Source of the DNA: Bispira polyomma
Lineage: Eukaryota
Direction: 5' to 3'
Assembly: GCA_965649765.1 (NCBI GenBank)
Contig: OZ287755.1
Span: 44,578,001-44,642,000 of the forward strand
Length of the DNA stretch: 64,000 bases
The notes below the pieces were generated by a model. The model was not told the origin of the DNA, made no database searches, and saw only the letters and a program-made list of their open reading frames with translations. A program made the position numbers and the translations under genes. Positions 62,829-64,000 of this stretch are shown here, piece after piece. Positions within the stretch are counted from its first letter, which is position 1, and every line of letters starts with the position of its first letter.

Positions 62829-64000
62829 TATATTGTACAGGTACTTTCATGTGTAAAAGTTTGTTAGGTACTTACTGTACCCCAGTGGTTTACTGTGCTT
62901 AGGCACTGGTTCCTCAACAGTTGAATCTACTTATCTTGACATGAGCCCAAGCCGTTGAAAGCGATGTAAAGCCTTACAAAATTTAAAGTATTCTTGTTTT
63001 TCCGTTTTTGCCGGCAGAATTTGAATTAAGGGTCTAACAATATATCCCAATATGTTTTGGCAATGCAGTCAAACCCCTTTAAATTTATTGTTTGTGATAT
63101 ACTTATACATAATATATCACATCATATATATCTGTCAACAGGACAGATCTACTAGATATTTTACAGTATAAAGTGATATGGTGGTCTGTGGATTAATTGA
63201 GAAAAATGGATTATATTGATTAGTTCACTAAATGATATTGCTTAGTTTAGAAGTTCATAACATATAACAGCAATATTATGTGTGTAACTTGTAAACTGTG
63301 CCAGTAGTTTGTTGGTTTTTGTCTTCCTTTTGTGATTTCTCCCTTATTATTCAATGTTATCAAGACTTGCAATTATGCCTTCTTTTCTTGCATGTTCACT
63401 ATTGATTAATACTATAATACTTAATCCATCTATTTGTAAAATATATGTCGGTACATGTATATAATCTATTCCTTAGTCCAAAAATATTTGTATGGTGAAG
63501 TGATAGTTCTAAATCAGCTGACATTTTCAAGGGAATGAAGAAAAAAATTTTATAATAGGTTACAGATAGCTGGAGTCAATAAAACACACACCACAGACTA
63601 CTTAAATAAAGGCCTTTCGTGTAATTGTTTTAATGGGGAAGTCTGCTGTACTAAACAATTGCTGACAGACATAGTTCTCGGAGTAATAAATGCTGCCTGC
63701 TGCTTTGTTGACAACATGGGAGGGTGGAAAGGGTTGAAGAAAGGGAATGTAAAGCTCTGGATGTATCTTATGATATTGACGTGTACAGTAGAAATTATAT
63801 TATCCGAATATTAAAGTTCATGAACAAACTTTTTTACTCTCCTAAATTTGCATTTTCCTATTGCGCCTCTTCTATTTGATAAGACATTTATTATGCGAGA
63901 GAAAAAAATCTCCCAACATGTTTTGGATAATAGAGGTTCTACTGTAGTTGCTGTTTGAGAAATTAAATTAATTATTAAAATCATGTTCGTACATATAAAT

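Overview
AT-rich, repeat-dense animal genomic DNA, probably an invertebrate such as a mollusc or other lophotrochozoan (inferred from repeat types). Positions 1-50,400 are a nest of transposons. The main one is a young, structurally complete DIRS1-type tyrosine-recombinase retrotransposon (3263-10295, minus strand) with 165-bp inverted terminal repeats (ITRs), an internal complementary region (ICR), gag, RT/RNaseH/methyltransferase-like and tyrosine recombinase (YR) domains. In this copy one frameshift appears to have fused pol to the recombinase, and the gag ORF has an unusual hydrophobic N-terminal extension. Around it are older DIRS fragments, two Helentron-type non-autonomous elements carrying 143-bp and 156-bp satellite arrays, and relics of a Helentron helicase/endonuclease, an EnSpm/CACTA transposase with BEN-domain neighbours, Gypsy, LINE and Penelope-like elements. 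There are also SINEs, MITEs and several tandem arrays. From 51,411 onward the plus strand carries 8-9 phase-compatible coding exons of an SMPD4 (neutral sphingomyelinase-3) homolog, including one U12-type intron. The most notable unannotated signals are a complete type I hammerhead ribozyme fold in sense orientation inside an SMPD4 intron (56896-56970) and an array of duplicated decoy splice acceptors upstream of one SMPD4 exon. All family assignments come from reading motifs by eye; no searches were run.
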